A stretch of 64,000 nt of DNA, taken from assembly GCA_964016885.1 (NCBI GenBank), contig OZ024741.1:289850001-289914000 (forward strand). Direction: 5' to 3'. Shown here in pieces: positions 50,001 through 62,000 of the stretch. The stretch is from Eledone cirrhosa. Its lineage: Eukaryota. The position numbers were made by a program, and so were the translations under genes. Every line of letters starts with the position of its first letter. Within the stretch, counting starts at the first letter, position 1. Below the pieces are notes generated by a model. That model saw only the letters and a list, made by a program, of their open reading frames with translations. It was not told where the DNA came from and did no database searches.

Positions 50001-53000
50001 ATGTAGTGTAGTGTATAGTGATATTGTCTGTGTAGTGTAGTGTGTCTGGTGTTGTCTGTGTAGTGTAGTGTGGTGTTGCCTGTGTAGTGTAGTGTGTCTG
50101 GTATTGTGTGTGTAGTGTAGTGTGTCTGGTGTTGTCTGTGTAGTGTAGTGTGTCTGGTGTTGTCTGTGTAGTGTAGTGTGGTGTTGTCTGTGCAGAGTAG
50201 TGTGTCTGGTGTTGTCTGTGTAGTGTAGTGTGTCTGGTGTTGTCTGTGTAGTGTAGTGTGTCTGGTGTTGTCTGTGTAGTGTAGTGTGGTGTTGTCTGTG
50301 TAGAGTAGTGTGTCTGGTGTTGTCTGTGTAGTGTAGTGTGTCTGGTGTTGTCTGTGTAGTGTAGTGTGGTGTTGCCTGTGTAGTGTAGTGTGTCTGGTAT
50401 TGTCTGTGTAGTGTAGTGTGTCTGGTGTTGTCTGTGTAGTGTAGTGTGGTGTTGCCTGTGTAGTGTAGTGTGTCTGGTATTGTCTGTGTAGTGTAGTGTG
50501 TCTGGTGTTGTCTGTGTAGTGTAGTGTGTCTGGTGTTGTCTATATAGTGTAGTGTGTCTGGTGTTGTCTATATAGTGTAGTGTGGTGTTGCCTGTGTAGT
50601 GTAGTGTGTCTGGTGTTGTCTGTGTAGTATGTGTCTGGTGTTGTCTGTGTAGTGTAGTGTGTCTGGTGTTGTCTGTGTAGTATATGTCTGGTGTGGTCTG
50701 TGTAGTGTAGTGTGTCTGGTGTTGTCTGTGTAGTGTAGTTGTCTGGTGTTGTCTGTGTAGTGTAGTGTGTGTGGTGATGTCTATGGAGTGTAGTGTGTCT
50801 GGTGTTGTCTATGTAGTGTAATGTGTGTAGTGTTGTCTGTGTAGTGTAGTATGTGTGGTGTTGCCTGTGTAGTGTAGTGTGTCTGGTGTTGTCTATATAG
50901 TTTTGTATGTTTGGTGTTGTCTATGTAGTGTAATGTGTGTAGTGTTGTCTGTGTAGTGTAGTATGTCTGGTGTTGTCTATGTTGTGTAGTGTGTCTGGTG
51001 TTGTCTGTGTAGTGTAGTGTGTCTGGTGTTGTCTGTGTAGTGTAGTGTGGTGTTGCCTGTGTAGTGTAGTGTGTCTGGTATTGTGTGTGTAGTGTAGTGT
51101 GTCTGGTGTTGTCTGTGTAGTGTAGTGTGTCTGGTGTTGTCTGTGTAGTGTAGTGTGGTGTTGTCTGTGCAGAGTAGTGTGTCTGGTGTTGTCTGTGTAG
51201 TGTAGTGTGTCTGGTGTTGTCTGTGTAGTGTAGTGTGTCTGGTGTTGTCTGTGTAGTGTAGTGTGGTGTTGTCTGTGTAGAGTAGTGTGTCTGGTGTTGT
51301 CTGTGTAGTGTAGTGTGTCTGGTGTTGTCTGTGTAGTGTAGTGTGGTGTTGCCTGTGTAGTGTAGTGTGTCTGGTATTGTCTGTGTAGTGTAGTGTGTCT
51401 GGTGTTGTCTGTGTAGTGTAGTGTGGTGTTGCCTGTGTAGTGTAGTGTGTCTGGTATTGTCTGTGTAGTGTAGTGTGTCTGGTGTTGTCTGTGTAGTGTA
51501 GTGTGTCTGGTGTTGTCTATATAGTGTAGTGTGTCTGGTGTTGTCTATATAGTGTAGTGTGGTGTTGCCTGTGTAGTGTAGTGTGTCTGGTGTTGTCTGT
51601 GTAGTATGTGTCTGGTGTTGTCTGTGTAGTGTAGTGTGTCTGGTGTTGTCTGTGTAGTATATGTCTGGTGTGGTCTGTGTAGTGTAGTGTGTCTGGTGTT
51701 GTCTGTGTAGTGTAGTTGTCTGGTGTTGTCTGTGTAGTGTAGTGTGTGTGGTGATGTCTATGGAGTGTAGTGTGTCTGGTGTTGTCTATGTAGTGTAATG
51801 TGTGTAGTGTTGTCTGTGTAGTGTAGTATGTGTGGTGTTGCCTGTGTAGTGTAGTGTGTCTGGTGTTGTCTATATAGTTTTGTATGTTTGGTGTTGTCTA
51901 TGTAGTGTAATGTGTGTAGTGTTGTCTGTGTAGTGTAGTATGTCTGGTGTTGTCTATGTTGTGTAGTGTGTCTGGTGTTGTCTGTGTAGTGTAGTGTGTC
52001 TGGTGTTGTCTGTGTAGTGTAGTGTGTCTGGTGTTGTCTGTGTAGTGTAGTGTGTCTGGTGTTGTCTCTGTAGTGTAGTGTGTCTGGTGTTGTCTGTGTA
52101 GTGTAGTGTGTCTTGTATTCTCTGTGTAGTGTAGTGTGTCTGGTGTTGTCTGTGTAGTGTAGTGTGTCTGGTGTTGTCTGTGTAGTGTAGTATGTCTTGT
52201 GTTGTCTGTTTAGTGTAGTGTGTCTGGTGTTGTCTATGTAGTGTAGTATGTCTGGTGTTGTCTGTGTAGTGTAGTGTGTCTGGTGTTGTCTGTGTAGTGT
52301 AGTGTGTCTCGTGTTGTCTGTGTAGTGTAGTGTGTCTGGTGTTGTCTGTGTAGTGTAGTGTGTCTGGTGTTGTCTATGTAGGGTAGTGTGTCTGATGTTG
52401 TCTGTGTAGTGTAGTGTATCTGGTGTTGTCTGTGTAGTGTAGTGTGTCTGGTATTGTCCGTGTAGTGTAGTGTGTCTAGGTTTGTCTGTGTAGTGTAGTG
52501 TGTCTGGTGTTGTCTGTGTAGTGTAGTGTGTCTGGTGTTGTCTGTGTAGTGTAGTGTTTCTGGTGTTGTCTGTGTAGTGTAGTGTGTCTGGTGTTGTCTG
52601 TGTAGTGTAGTGTGTCTGGTGTTGTCTATGTAGTGTAGTGTATAGTGGTATTGTCTGTGTAGTGTAGTGTGTCTGGTGTTGTCTGTGTAGTGTAGTGTTT
52701 CTGGTGTGTCTGGTGTTGTCTGTGTAGTGTAGTGTGTCTGGTGATGTCTATGTAGTATAGTATGTCTGGTGTTGTCTGTGTAGTGCAGTGTGTCTTGTGT
52801 TGTCTGTGTAGTGTAGTGTGTCTGGTGATGTCTGTGTAGTGTAGTTGGTCTGGTGTTGTCTATGTAGTGTAGTGTATAGTGGTATTGTCTGTGTAGTGTA
52901 GTGTGTCTGGTGTTGTCTGTGTAGTGTAGTGTGTATGGTATTGTTTCTGTAGTGTAGTGTGTCTGGTATTGTCTGTGTATTGTAGTGTGTCTCTTGTGAT

Positions 53001-56000
53001 CTGTGTAGTGTAGTGTGTCTGGTGTTGTCTGTGGAGTGTAGTGTGTCTGGTGTTGTCTGTGGAGTGTAGTGTGTCTGGTGTTGCTGTGTAGTGTAGTGTG
53101 TCTGGTATTGCTTGTGTAGTGTAATGTGTATGGTATTGTCTGTGTAGTGTAGTGTGTCAGTTGTGGTCTGTGTAGTGTAGTGTGTCTGGTGTTCTCTGTG
53201 GAGTGTAGTGTGTCTGGTGTTGTCTGTGGACTGTAGTGTGTCTGGTGTTGTCTGTGTAGTGTAGTGTGTGTGGTGTTGTCTGTGTAGTGTAGTGTATCTG
53301 GTGTTGTCTGTGTAGTGTAGTGTGGCTGGTGTTGTCTGTTTAGTGTAGTGTGTCTGGTATTGTCCGTGTAGTGTAGTGTGTCTGGTATTGTCTGTGTAGT
53401 GTAGTGTGTCTGGTGTTGTCTGTGTAGTGTAGTGTTTCTGGTGTTGTCTGTGTAGTGTAGTGTGTCTGGTGTTGTCTGTGTAGTGTAGTGTGTCTGGTGA
53501 TGTCTATGTAGTCTAGTATGTCTGGTGTTGTCTGTGTAGTGTAGTGTGTCTGGTGTTGTCTGTATAGTGTAGTGTGGTGTTGTCTGTACAGTGTAGTGTG
53601 GTGTTGCCTGTGTAGTGTGTGACTGGTGTTGTCTGTGTAGTATGTGTCTGGTGTTGCCTGTGTAGTGTAGTGTGTGTAGTGTTGTCTGTGTAGTGTAGTA
53701 TGTCTGGTGTTGTCTATGTTGTGTAGTGTGACTGGTATTCTCTGTGTAGTGTAGCGTGTGTGTGGTGTTGTCTGTGAAGTGTAGTGTGTCTGGTGTTGTC
53801 TGTGTAGTGTATGTCTGGTGTTGATTGTGTAGTGTAGTGTATCTGGTGTTGTCAGTGTAGTGTAGTGTGTCTGGTGTTGTCTGTGTAGTGTAGTGTGTCC
53901 GGTGTTGTCTATGTAGTGTAGTGTGTCTGGTGTTATCTGTGTAGTGTAGTGTGTCTGGTATTGTTTGTGTAGTGTAGTGTGTCTGGTATTGTCTGTGTAT
54001 TGTAGTGTGTCTGTTGTGATCTGTGTAGTGTAGTGTGTCTGGTGTTGTCTGTGGAGTGTAGTGTGTCTGGTGTTGTCTGTGGAGTGTAGTGTGTCTGGTG
54101 CTGCTGTGTAGTGTAGTGTGTCTGGTATTGCTTGTGTAGTGTAATGTGTATGGTATTGTCTGTGTAGTGTAGTGTGTCAGTTGTGGTCTGTGTAGTGTAG
54201 TGTGTCTGGTATCCTCTCTGGAGTGTAGTGTGTCTGGTGTTGTCTGTGGAGTGTAGTGTGCCTTGTGTTGTCTGTGTAGTGTAGTGTGTCTGGTATTATC
54301 TGTGTAGTGTAGTGTGTCTGGTATTGTCTGTGTAGTGTAGTGTGTCTGGTGTTGTCTGTGTAGTGTAGTGTGTCTGGTGTTGTCTGTGTAGTGTAGTATG
54401 TCTTGTGTTGTCTGTTTAGTGTAGTGTGTCTGGTGTTGTCTATGTAGTGTAGTATGTCTGGTGTTGTCTGTGTAGTGTAGTGTGTCTGGTGTTGTCTGTG
54501 TAGTGTAGTGTGTCTGGTGTTGTCTGTGTAGTGTAGTGTGTCTGGTGTTGTCTGTGTAGTGTAGTGTGGTGTTGTCTGTGTAGTGTAGTGAATCTGGTGT
54601 TGTCTGTGTAGTGTAGTGTGTCTGGTGTTGTCTATGTAGGGTAGTGTGTCTGATGTTGTCTGTGTAGTGTAGTGTATCTGGTGTTGTCTGTGTAGTGTAG
54701 TGTGTCTGGTATTGTCCGTGTAGTGTAGTGTGTCTAGGTTTGTCTGTGTAGTGTAGTGTGTCTGGTGTTGTCTGTGTAGTGTAGTGTGTCTGGTGTTGTC
54801 TGTGTAGTGTAGTGTTTCTGGTGTTGTCTGTGTAGTGTAGTGTGTCTGGTGTTGTCTGTGTAGTGTAGTGTGTCTGGTGTTGTCTATGTAGTGTAGTGTA
54901 TAGTGGTATTGTCTGTGTAGTGTAGTGTGTCTGGTGTTGTCTGTGTAGTGTAGTGTTTCTGGTGTGTCTGGTGTTGTCTGTGTAGTGTAGTGTGTCTGGT
55001 GATGTCTATGTAGTGTAGTATGTCTGGTGTTGTCTGTGTAGTGCAGTGTGTCTTGTGTTGTCTGTGTAGTGTAGTGTGTCTGGTGATGTCTGTGTAGTGT
55101 AGTGTGTCTGGTGTTGTCTATGTAGTGTAGTGTATAGTGGTATTGTCTGTGTAGTGTAGTGTGTCTGGTGTTGTCTGTGTAGTGTAGTGTGTATGGTATT
55201 GTTTCTGTAGTGTAGTGTGTCTGGTATTGACTGTGTATTGTAGTGTGTCTCTTGTGATCTGTGTAGTGTAGTGTGTCTGGTGTTGTCTGTGGAGTGTAGT
55301 GTGTCTGGTGTTGTCTGTGGAGTGTAGTGGGTCTGGTGTTGCTGTGTAGTGTAGTGTGTCTGGTATTGCTTGTGTAGTGTAATGTGTATGGTATTGTCTG
55401 TGTAGTGTAGTGTGTCAGTTGTGGTCTGTGTAGTGTAGTGTGTCTGGTGTTCTCTGTGGAGTGTAGTGTGTCTGGTGTTGTCTGTGGACTGTAGTGTGTC
55501 TGGTGTTGTCTGTGTAGTGTAGTGTGTCTGGTGTTGTCTGTGTAGTGTAGTGTATCTGGTGTTGTCTGTGTAGTGTAGTGTGGCTGGTGTTGTCTGTTTA
55601 GTGTAGTGTGTCTGGTATTGTCCGTGTAGTGTAGTGTGTCTGGTATTGTCTGTGTAGTGTAGTGTGTCTGGTGTTGTCTGTGTACTGTAGTGTTTCTGGT
55701 GTTGTCTGTGTAGTGTAGTGTGTCTGGTGTTGTCTGTGTAGTGTAGTGTGTCTGGTGATGTCTATGTAGTCTAGTATGTCTGGTGTTGTCTGTGTAGTGT
55801 AGTGTGTCTGGTGTTGTCTGTATAGTGTAGTGTGGTGTTGTCTGTACAGTGTAGTGTGGTGTTGCCTGTGTAGTGTGTGACTGGTGTTGTCTGTGTAGTA
55901 TGTGTCTGGTGTTGCCTGTGTAGTGTAGTGTGTGTAGTGTTGTCTGTGTAGTGTAGTATGTCTGGTGTTGTCTATGTTGTGTAGTGTGACTGGTATTCTC

Positions 56001-59000
56001 TGTGTAGTGTAGCGTGTGTGTGGTGTTGTCTGTGAAGTGTAGTGTGTCTGGTGTTGTCTGTGTAGTGTATGTCTGGTGTTGATTGTGTAGAGTAGTGTAT
56101 CTGGTGTTGTCAGTGTAGTGTAGTGTGTCTGGTGTTGTCTGTGTAGTGTAGTGTGTCTGGTATTGTCTATGTAGTGTAGTGTGTCTGGTGTTATCTGTGT
56201 AGTGTAGTGTGTCTGGTATTGTTTGTGTAGTGTAGTGTGTCTGGTATTGTCTGTGTATTGTAGTGTGTCTGTTGTGATCTGTGTAGTGTAGTGTGTCTGG
56301 TGTTGTCTGTGGAGTGTAGTGTGTCTGGTGTTGTCTGTGGAGTGTAGTGTGTCTGGTGCTGCTGTGTAGTGTAGTGTGTCTGGTATTGCTTGTGTAGTGT
56401 AATGTGTATGGTATTGTCTGTGTAGTGTAGTGTGTCAGTTGTGGTCTGTGTAGTGTAGTGTGTCTGGTATCCTCTCTGGAGTGTAGTGTGTCTGGTGTTG
56501 TCTGTGGAGTGTAGTGTGCCTTGTGTTGTCTGTGTAGTGTAGTGTGTCTGGTATTATCTGTGTAGTGTAGTGTGTCTGGTATTGTCTGTGTAGTGTAGTG
56601 TGTCTGGTGTTGTCTGTGTAGTGTAGTGTGTCTGGTGATGTCTATGTAGTGTAGTATGTCTGGTGTTGTCTGTGTAGTGTAGTGTGTCTGGTGTTGTCTA
56701 TATAGTGTAGTGTGTAGTGGCATTGTCTGTATAGTGTAGTGTGTCTGGTGTTCTCTGTGTAATGTAGTGTGTCTGGTGTTGTCTCTGTAGTGTAGTGTGT
56801 CTGGTGTTGTCTGTGTAGTGTAGTATATGTGGTGTTGTCTGTGTAGTGTAGTGTGTCTGGTATTGTCTGTGTAGTGTAGTGTGTCTGGTATTGTCTGTGT
56901 AGTGTAGTGTGTCCGTTGTGGTCTGTTTAATGTAGTGTGTCTGGTGTTGTCTGTGTAGTGTAGTGGGTCTGGTGTTGTCTGTGTAGTACGTGTCTGGTGT
57001 TGTCTGTGTAGTGTAGTGAGTCTGGTGTTGTCTCTGTAGTGTAGTGTGTCTGGTGTTGTCTGTGTAGTGTAGTGTGTCTGGTGTTGTCTGTGTAGTGTAG
57101 TGTGTCTGGTGTTGTCTGTGGAGTGTAGTATGTCTGGTGTTGCCTGTGTAGTGTAGTGTGTCTGGTGTTGTCTATGTAGTGTAATGTGTGTAGTGTTGTC
57201 TGTGTAGTGTAGTATGTCTGGTGTTGTCTATGTAGTGTAATGTGTGTAGTGTTGTCTGTGTAGTGTAGTATGTCTGGTGTTGTGTATGTTGTGTAGTGTG
57301 ACTGGTATCCTCTGTGTAGTGTAGTGTCTGTGTGGTGTTGTCTGTGTAGTGTAGTGTATCTGGTGTTGTCTGTGTAGTGTAGCGTCTCTGGTGTTGTCTA
57401 TGTAGTTTCGTGTGTCTGGTGTTGTCTGTGTAGTGTAGTGTGTCTGGTGTTGTCTGTGTAGTGTAGTGTGTCTGGTGTTGTCTGTGTAGTGTGGTGTGTC
57501 TGGTGTTGTCTGTGTAGTGTAGTGTGTCTTGTATTCTCTGTGTAGTGTAGTGTGTCTGGTGTTGTCTGTGTAGTGTAGTGTGTCTGGTGTTGTCTGTGTA
57601 GTGTAGTGTGTCTTGTGTTGTCTGTTTAGTGTAGTGTGTCTGGTGTTGTCTATGTAGTGTAGTATGTCTGGTGTTGTCTGTGTAGTGTAGTGTGTCTGGT
57701 GTTGTCTGTGTAGTGTAGTGTGTCTGGTGTTGTCTGTGTAGTGTAGTGTGTCTGGTGTTGTCCGTGTAGTGTAGTGTGTCTGGTGTTGTCTGTGTAGTGT
57801 AGTGTGTCTGGTGTTGTTGTGTAGTGTAGTGAATCTGGTGTTGTCTGTGTAGTGTAGTGTGTCTGGTGTTGTCTATGTAGGGTAGTGTGTCTGATGTTGT
57901 CTGTGTAGTGTAGTGTATCTGGTGTTGTCTGTGTAGTGTAGTGTGTCTGGTATTGTCTGTGTAGTGTAGTGTGTCTGGTGTTGTCTGTGTAGTGTAGTGT
58001 GTCTGGTGTTGTCTGTGTAGTGTAGTGTGTCTGGTGTTGTCTGTGTAGTATAGTGTTTCTGGTGTTGTCTGTGTAGTGTAGTGTGTCTGGTGTTGTCTGT
58101 GTAGTGTAGTGTGTCTGGTGATGTCTATGTAGTGTAGTATGTCTGGTGTTGTCTGTGTAGTGTAGTGTGTCTTGTGTTGTCTGTGTAGTGTAGTGTGTCT
58201 GGTGTTGTCTATGTAGTGTAGTGTATAGTGATATTGTCTGTGTAGTGTAGTGTGTCTGGTGTTGTCTGTGTAGTGTAGTGTTTCTGGTGTGTCTGGTGTT
58301 GTCTGTGTAGTGTAGTATGTCTGGTATTGTCTGTGTAGTGCAGTGTGTCTTGTGTTGTCTGTGTAGTGTAGTGTGTCTGGTGTTGTCTGTGTAGTGTAGT
58401 GTGTCTGATGTTGTCTATGTAGTGTAGTGTATAGTGGTATTGTCTGTGTAGTGTAGTGTGTCTGGTGTTGTCTGTGTAGTGTAGTGTGTCTGGTATTGTT
58501 TGTGTAGTGTAGTGTGTCTGGTATTGTCTGTGTATTGTAATGTGTCTCTTGTGATCTGCGTAGTGTAGCGTGTCTGGTGTTGTCTGTGGAGTGTAGTGTG
58601 TCTGGTGTTGCTGTGTAGTGTAGTGTGTCTGGTATTATTTGTGTAGTGTAATGTGTATGGTATTGTCTGTGTAGTGTAGTGTGTCAGTGGTGGTCTGTGT
58701 AGTGTAGTGTGTCTGGTGTTGTCTGTGTAGTGTAGTGTGTCTGGTGTTGTCTGTGTAGTGTAGTTTATCTGGTGTTGTCTGTGTAGTGTAGTGTGTCTGG
58801 TGTTGTCTGTGTAGTGTAGTGTGTCTGGTGTTGTCTGTGTAGTGTAGTGTGTAGTGGTATTGTCTGTGTAGTGTAGTGTGTCTTGTGTTCTCTGTGTAAT
58901 GTAGTGTGTTTGGTGTTGTCTATGTAGTGTAGTATGTCTGGTGTTGTCTGTGTAGTGTAGTGTGTCTTGTGTTGTCTGTGTAGTGTAGTGTGTCTGGTGT

Positions 59001-62000
59001 TGTCTGTGTAGTGTAGTTTGTCTGGTGTTGTCTGTCTAGTGTAGTGTGTCTGGTGTTGTCTGTGTAGTGTAGTGTTTCTGGTGTTGTCTGTGTAGTGTAG
59101 TGTGTCTGGTGATGTCTATGTAGTGTAGTATATGTGGTGTTGTCTGTGGAGTGTAGTGTGTCTGGTATTATATGTGTAGTGTAGTGTGTCTGGTGTTGTC
59201 TGTGTAGTGTAGTGTGTCTGGTGTTGTCTATGTATTGTAGTGTGTAGTGGTATTGTCTGTGTAGTGTAGTGTGTCAGGTGTTCTCTGTTATGTAGTGTGT
59301 CTGGTGTTGTCTCTCTAGTGTAGTGTGTCTGGTGTTGTCTGTGTAGTGTAGTGTGTCTGGTATTGTCTGTGTAGTGTAGTGTGTCCGTTATGGTCTGTGT
59401 AATGTAGTGTATCTGGTGTTGTCTGTGTAGTCTAGTGGGTCTGGTATTGTCTGTGTAGTGTAGTGTGTCTGGTATTGTCTGTGTAGTGTAGTGTGTCTGG
59501 TGTTGTCTGTGTAGTGTAGTGTGTCTGGTGTTGTCTGTGGAGTGTAGTGTGTCTGGTGTTATCTGTTTAGTGTAGTGTGGTGTTGCCTTTGTAGAGTAGT
59601 GTGTCTGGTGTTGTCTGTGTAGTGTAGTGTGTCTGGTGTTATCTGTTTAGTGTAGTGTGGTGTTGCCTTCGTAGAGTAGTGTGTCTGGTGTTGTCTGTGT
59701 CGTGTGTGTCTGGTGTTGTCTGTGTAGTGTAGTGTGTCTGGTGTTGTCTGTATAGTGTAGTGTGGTGTTGCCTGTGTAGTGTAGTGTGTCTGGTGTTGAC
59801 TGTGTAGTGTAGTGTGTCTGGTGTTGTCTGTGTAGTGTAGTGTGTCTGGTGTTGTCTGTGTAGTGTAGTGTCTGGTGATGTCTATGTAGTGTAGTATATC
59901 TGGTGTTTTCTGTGTAGTGTAGTGTGTCCGGTGTTGCCTGTGTAGTGTAGTGTGTCTGGTGTTGTCTATGTAGTGTAGTGTGTCTGGTGTTGTCTGTGTA
60001 GTGTAGTGTGTCTGGTGTTGTCTGTGTAGTGTAGTGTGTCTGGTGTTCTCTGTGTAATGTAGTGTGTCTGGTGTTGTCTGTGTAGTGTAGTGTGTCTGGT
60101 GTTGTCTGTGTAGTGTAGTGTGTCTGGTGTTGTCTGTGTAGTGTAGTGTGTCTGCTATCGTCTGTGTAGTGTAGTGTGTCTGGTGTTGTATGTGTAGTGT
60201 AGTGTGTCTGGTGTTGTCTGTGTGGGGTAGTGTGGTGTTGTCTGTGTAGAGTAGTGTGTCTGGTATTGTCTGTGTAGTGTAGTGTGTCCGGTGTTATCTG
60301 TTTAGTGTAGTGTGGTGTTGCCTTTGTAGAGTAGTGTGTCTGGTGTTGTCTGTGTAGTGTAGTGTGTCTGGTGTTGTCTGTATAGTGTAGTGTGGTGTTG
60401 CCTTTGTAGTGTAGTGTGTCTGGTGTTGTCTGTGTAGTATGTCTCTCGTGTTGTCTGTGTAGTGTAGTTGTCTGGTATTGTTTGTGGAGTGTAGTGTGTC
60501 TGGTGTTGTCTGTGTAGTGTAGTGTGTCTGGTGTTGTCTGTGTAGTGTACTGTGTCTGGTGTTGTCTATATAGTGTAGTGTGTCTGGTAATGTCTGTGTA
60601 GTGTGTCTGGTATTGTCTGTGTAGTGTAGTGTGTCTGGTGTTGTCTGTGTAGTGTAGTGTGTCTGGTGTTGTCTGTGTAGTGTAGTGTGTCTGGTGTTGT
60701 CTGTGTAGTGTAGTGTGTCTGGTGATGTCTATGTAGTGTAGTATATCTGGCGTTTTCTGTGTAGTGTAGTGTGTCCGGTGTTGTCTGTGTAGTGTAGTGT
60801 GTCTGGTGTTTTCTGTGTAGTGTAGTGTGTCCGTTGTTGTCTGTGTAGTGTAGTGTGTCTGGTGTTGTCTGTGTAGTGTAGTGTGTCTGGTGTTGTCTGT
60901 GTAATGTAGTGTGTCCGGTGTTGCCTGTGTAGTGTAGTGTGTCTGGTGTTGTGTATGTAGTGTAGTGTGTCTGGTGTTGTCTGTGTAGTGTAGTGTGTCT
61001 GGTGTTCTCTGTGTAATGTAGTGTGTCTGGTGTTGTCTGTGTAGTGTGTCTGGTGTTGTCTGGGTAGTGTAGTGTGTCTGGTGTTCTCTGTGTAATGTAG
61101 TGTGTCTGGTGTTGTCTGTGTAGTGTAGTGTGTCTGATGTTGTCTGTGTAGTGTAGTATATGTGGTGTTGTCTGTGTAGTGTAGTGTGTCTGGTACAGTC
61201 TGTGTAGTGTAGTGTGTCTGGTGTTGTCTATGTAGTGTAGTGTGTCTGGTGTTGTCTGTGTAGTGTAGTGTCTCTGGTGTGGTCTGTGTAGTGTAGTGTG
61301 TCTGGTGTTGTCTATGTAGTGTATTGTATCTGGTGTTGTCTGTGTAGTGTAGTGTGTCTGGTATCGTCTGTGTAGTGTAGTGTGTCTGGTGTTGTATGTG
61401 TAGTGTAGTGTGTCTGGTGTTGTCTGTGTGTTGTAGTGTGGTGTTGTCTGTGTAGAGTAGTGTGTCTGGTATTGTCTGTGTAGTGTAGTATGTCTGGTGT
61501 TATCTGTTTAGTGTAGTGTGGTGTTGCCTGTGTAGAGTAGTGTGTCTGGTGTTGTCTGTGTAGTGTAGTTGTCTGGTGTTGACTGTGTAGTGTAGTGTGT
61601 CTGGTGTTGTCTGTGTAGTGTAGTGTGTCTGGTGATGTCTATGTAGGGTAGTGTGTCTGATGTTGTCTGTGTAGTGTAGTGTATCTGGTGTTGTCTGTGT
61701 AGTGTAGTGTGTCTGGTATTGTCTGTGTAGTGTAGTGTGTCTGGTGTTGTCTGTGTAGTGTAGTGTGTCTGGTGTTGTCTGTGTAGTGTAGTGTGTCTGG
61801 TGTTGTCTGTGTAGTGTAGTGTTTCTGGTGTTGTCTGTGTAGTGTAGTGTGTCTGGTGTTGTCTGTGTAGTGTAGTGTGTCTGGTGATGTCTATGTAGTG
61901 TAGTATGTCTGGTGTTGTCTGTGTAGTGTAGTGTGTCTTGTGTTGTCTGTGTAGTGTAGTGTGTCTGGTGTTGTCTATGTAGTGTAGTGTATAGTGATAT

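Noticed and set aside
45967-56723. Two identical 848-aa His/Thr-rich ORFs
   Set aside because: Translation of the stop-poor strand of the 28-bp satellite; the identity reflects the 8210-bp duplication.
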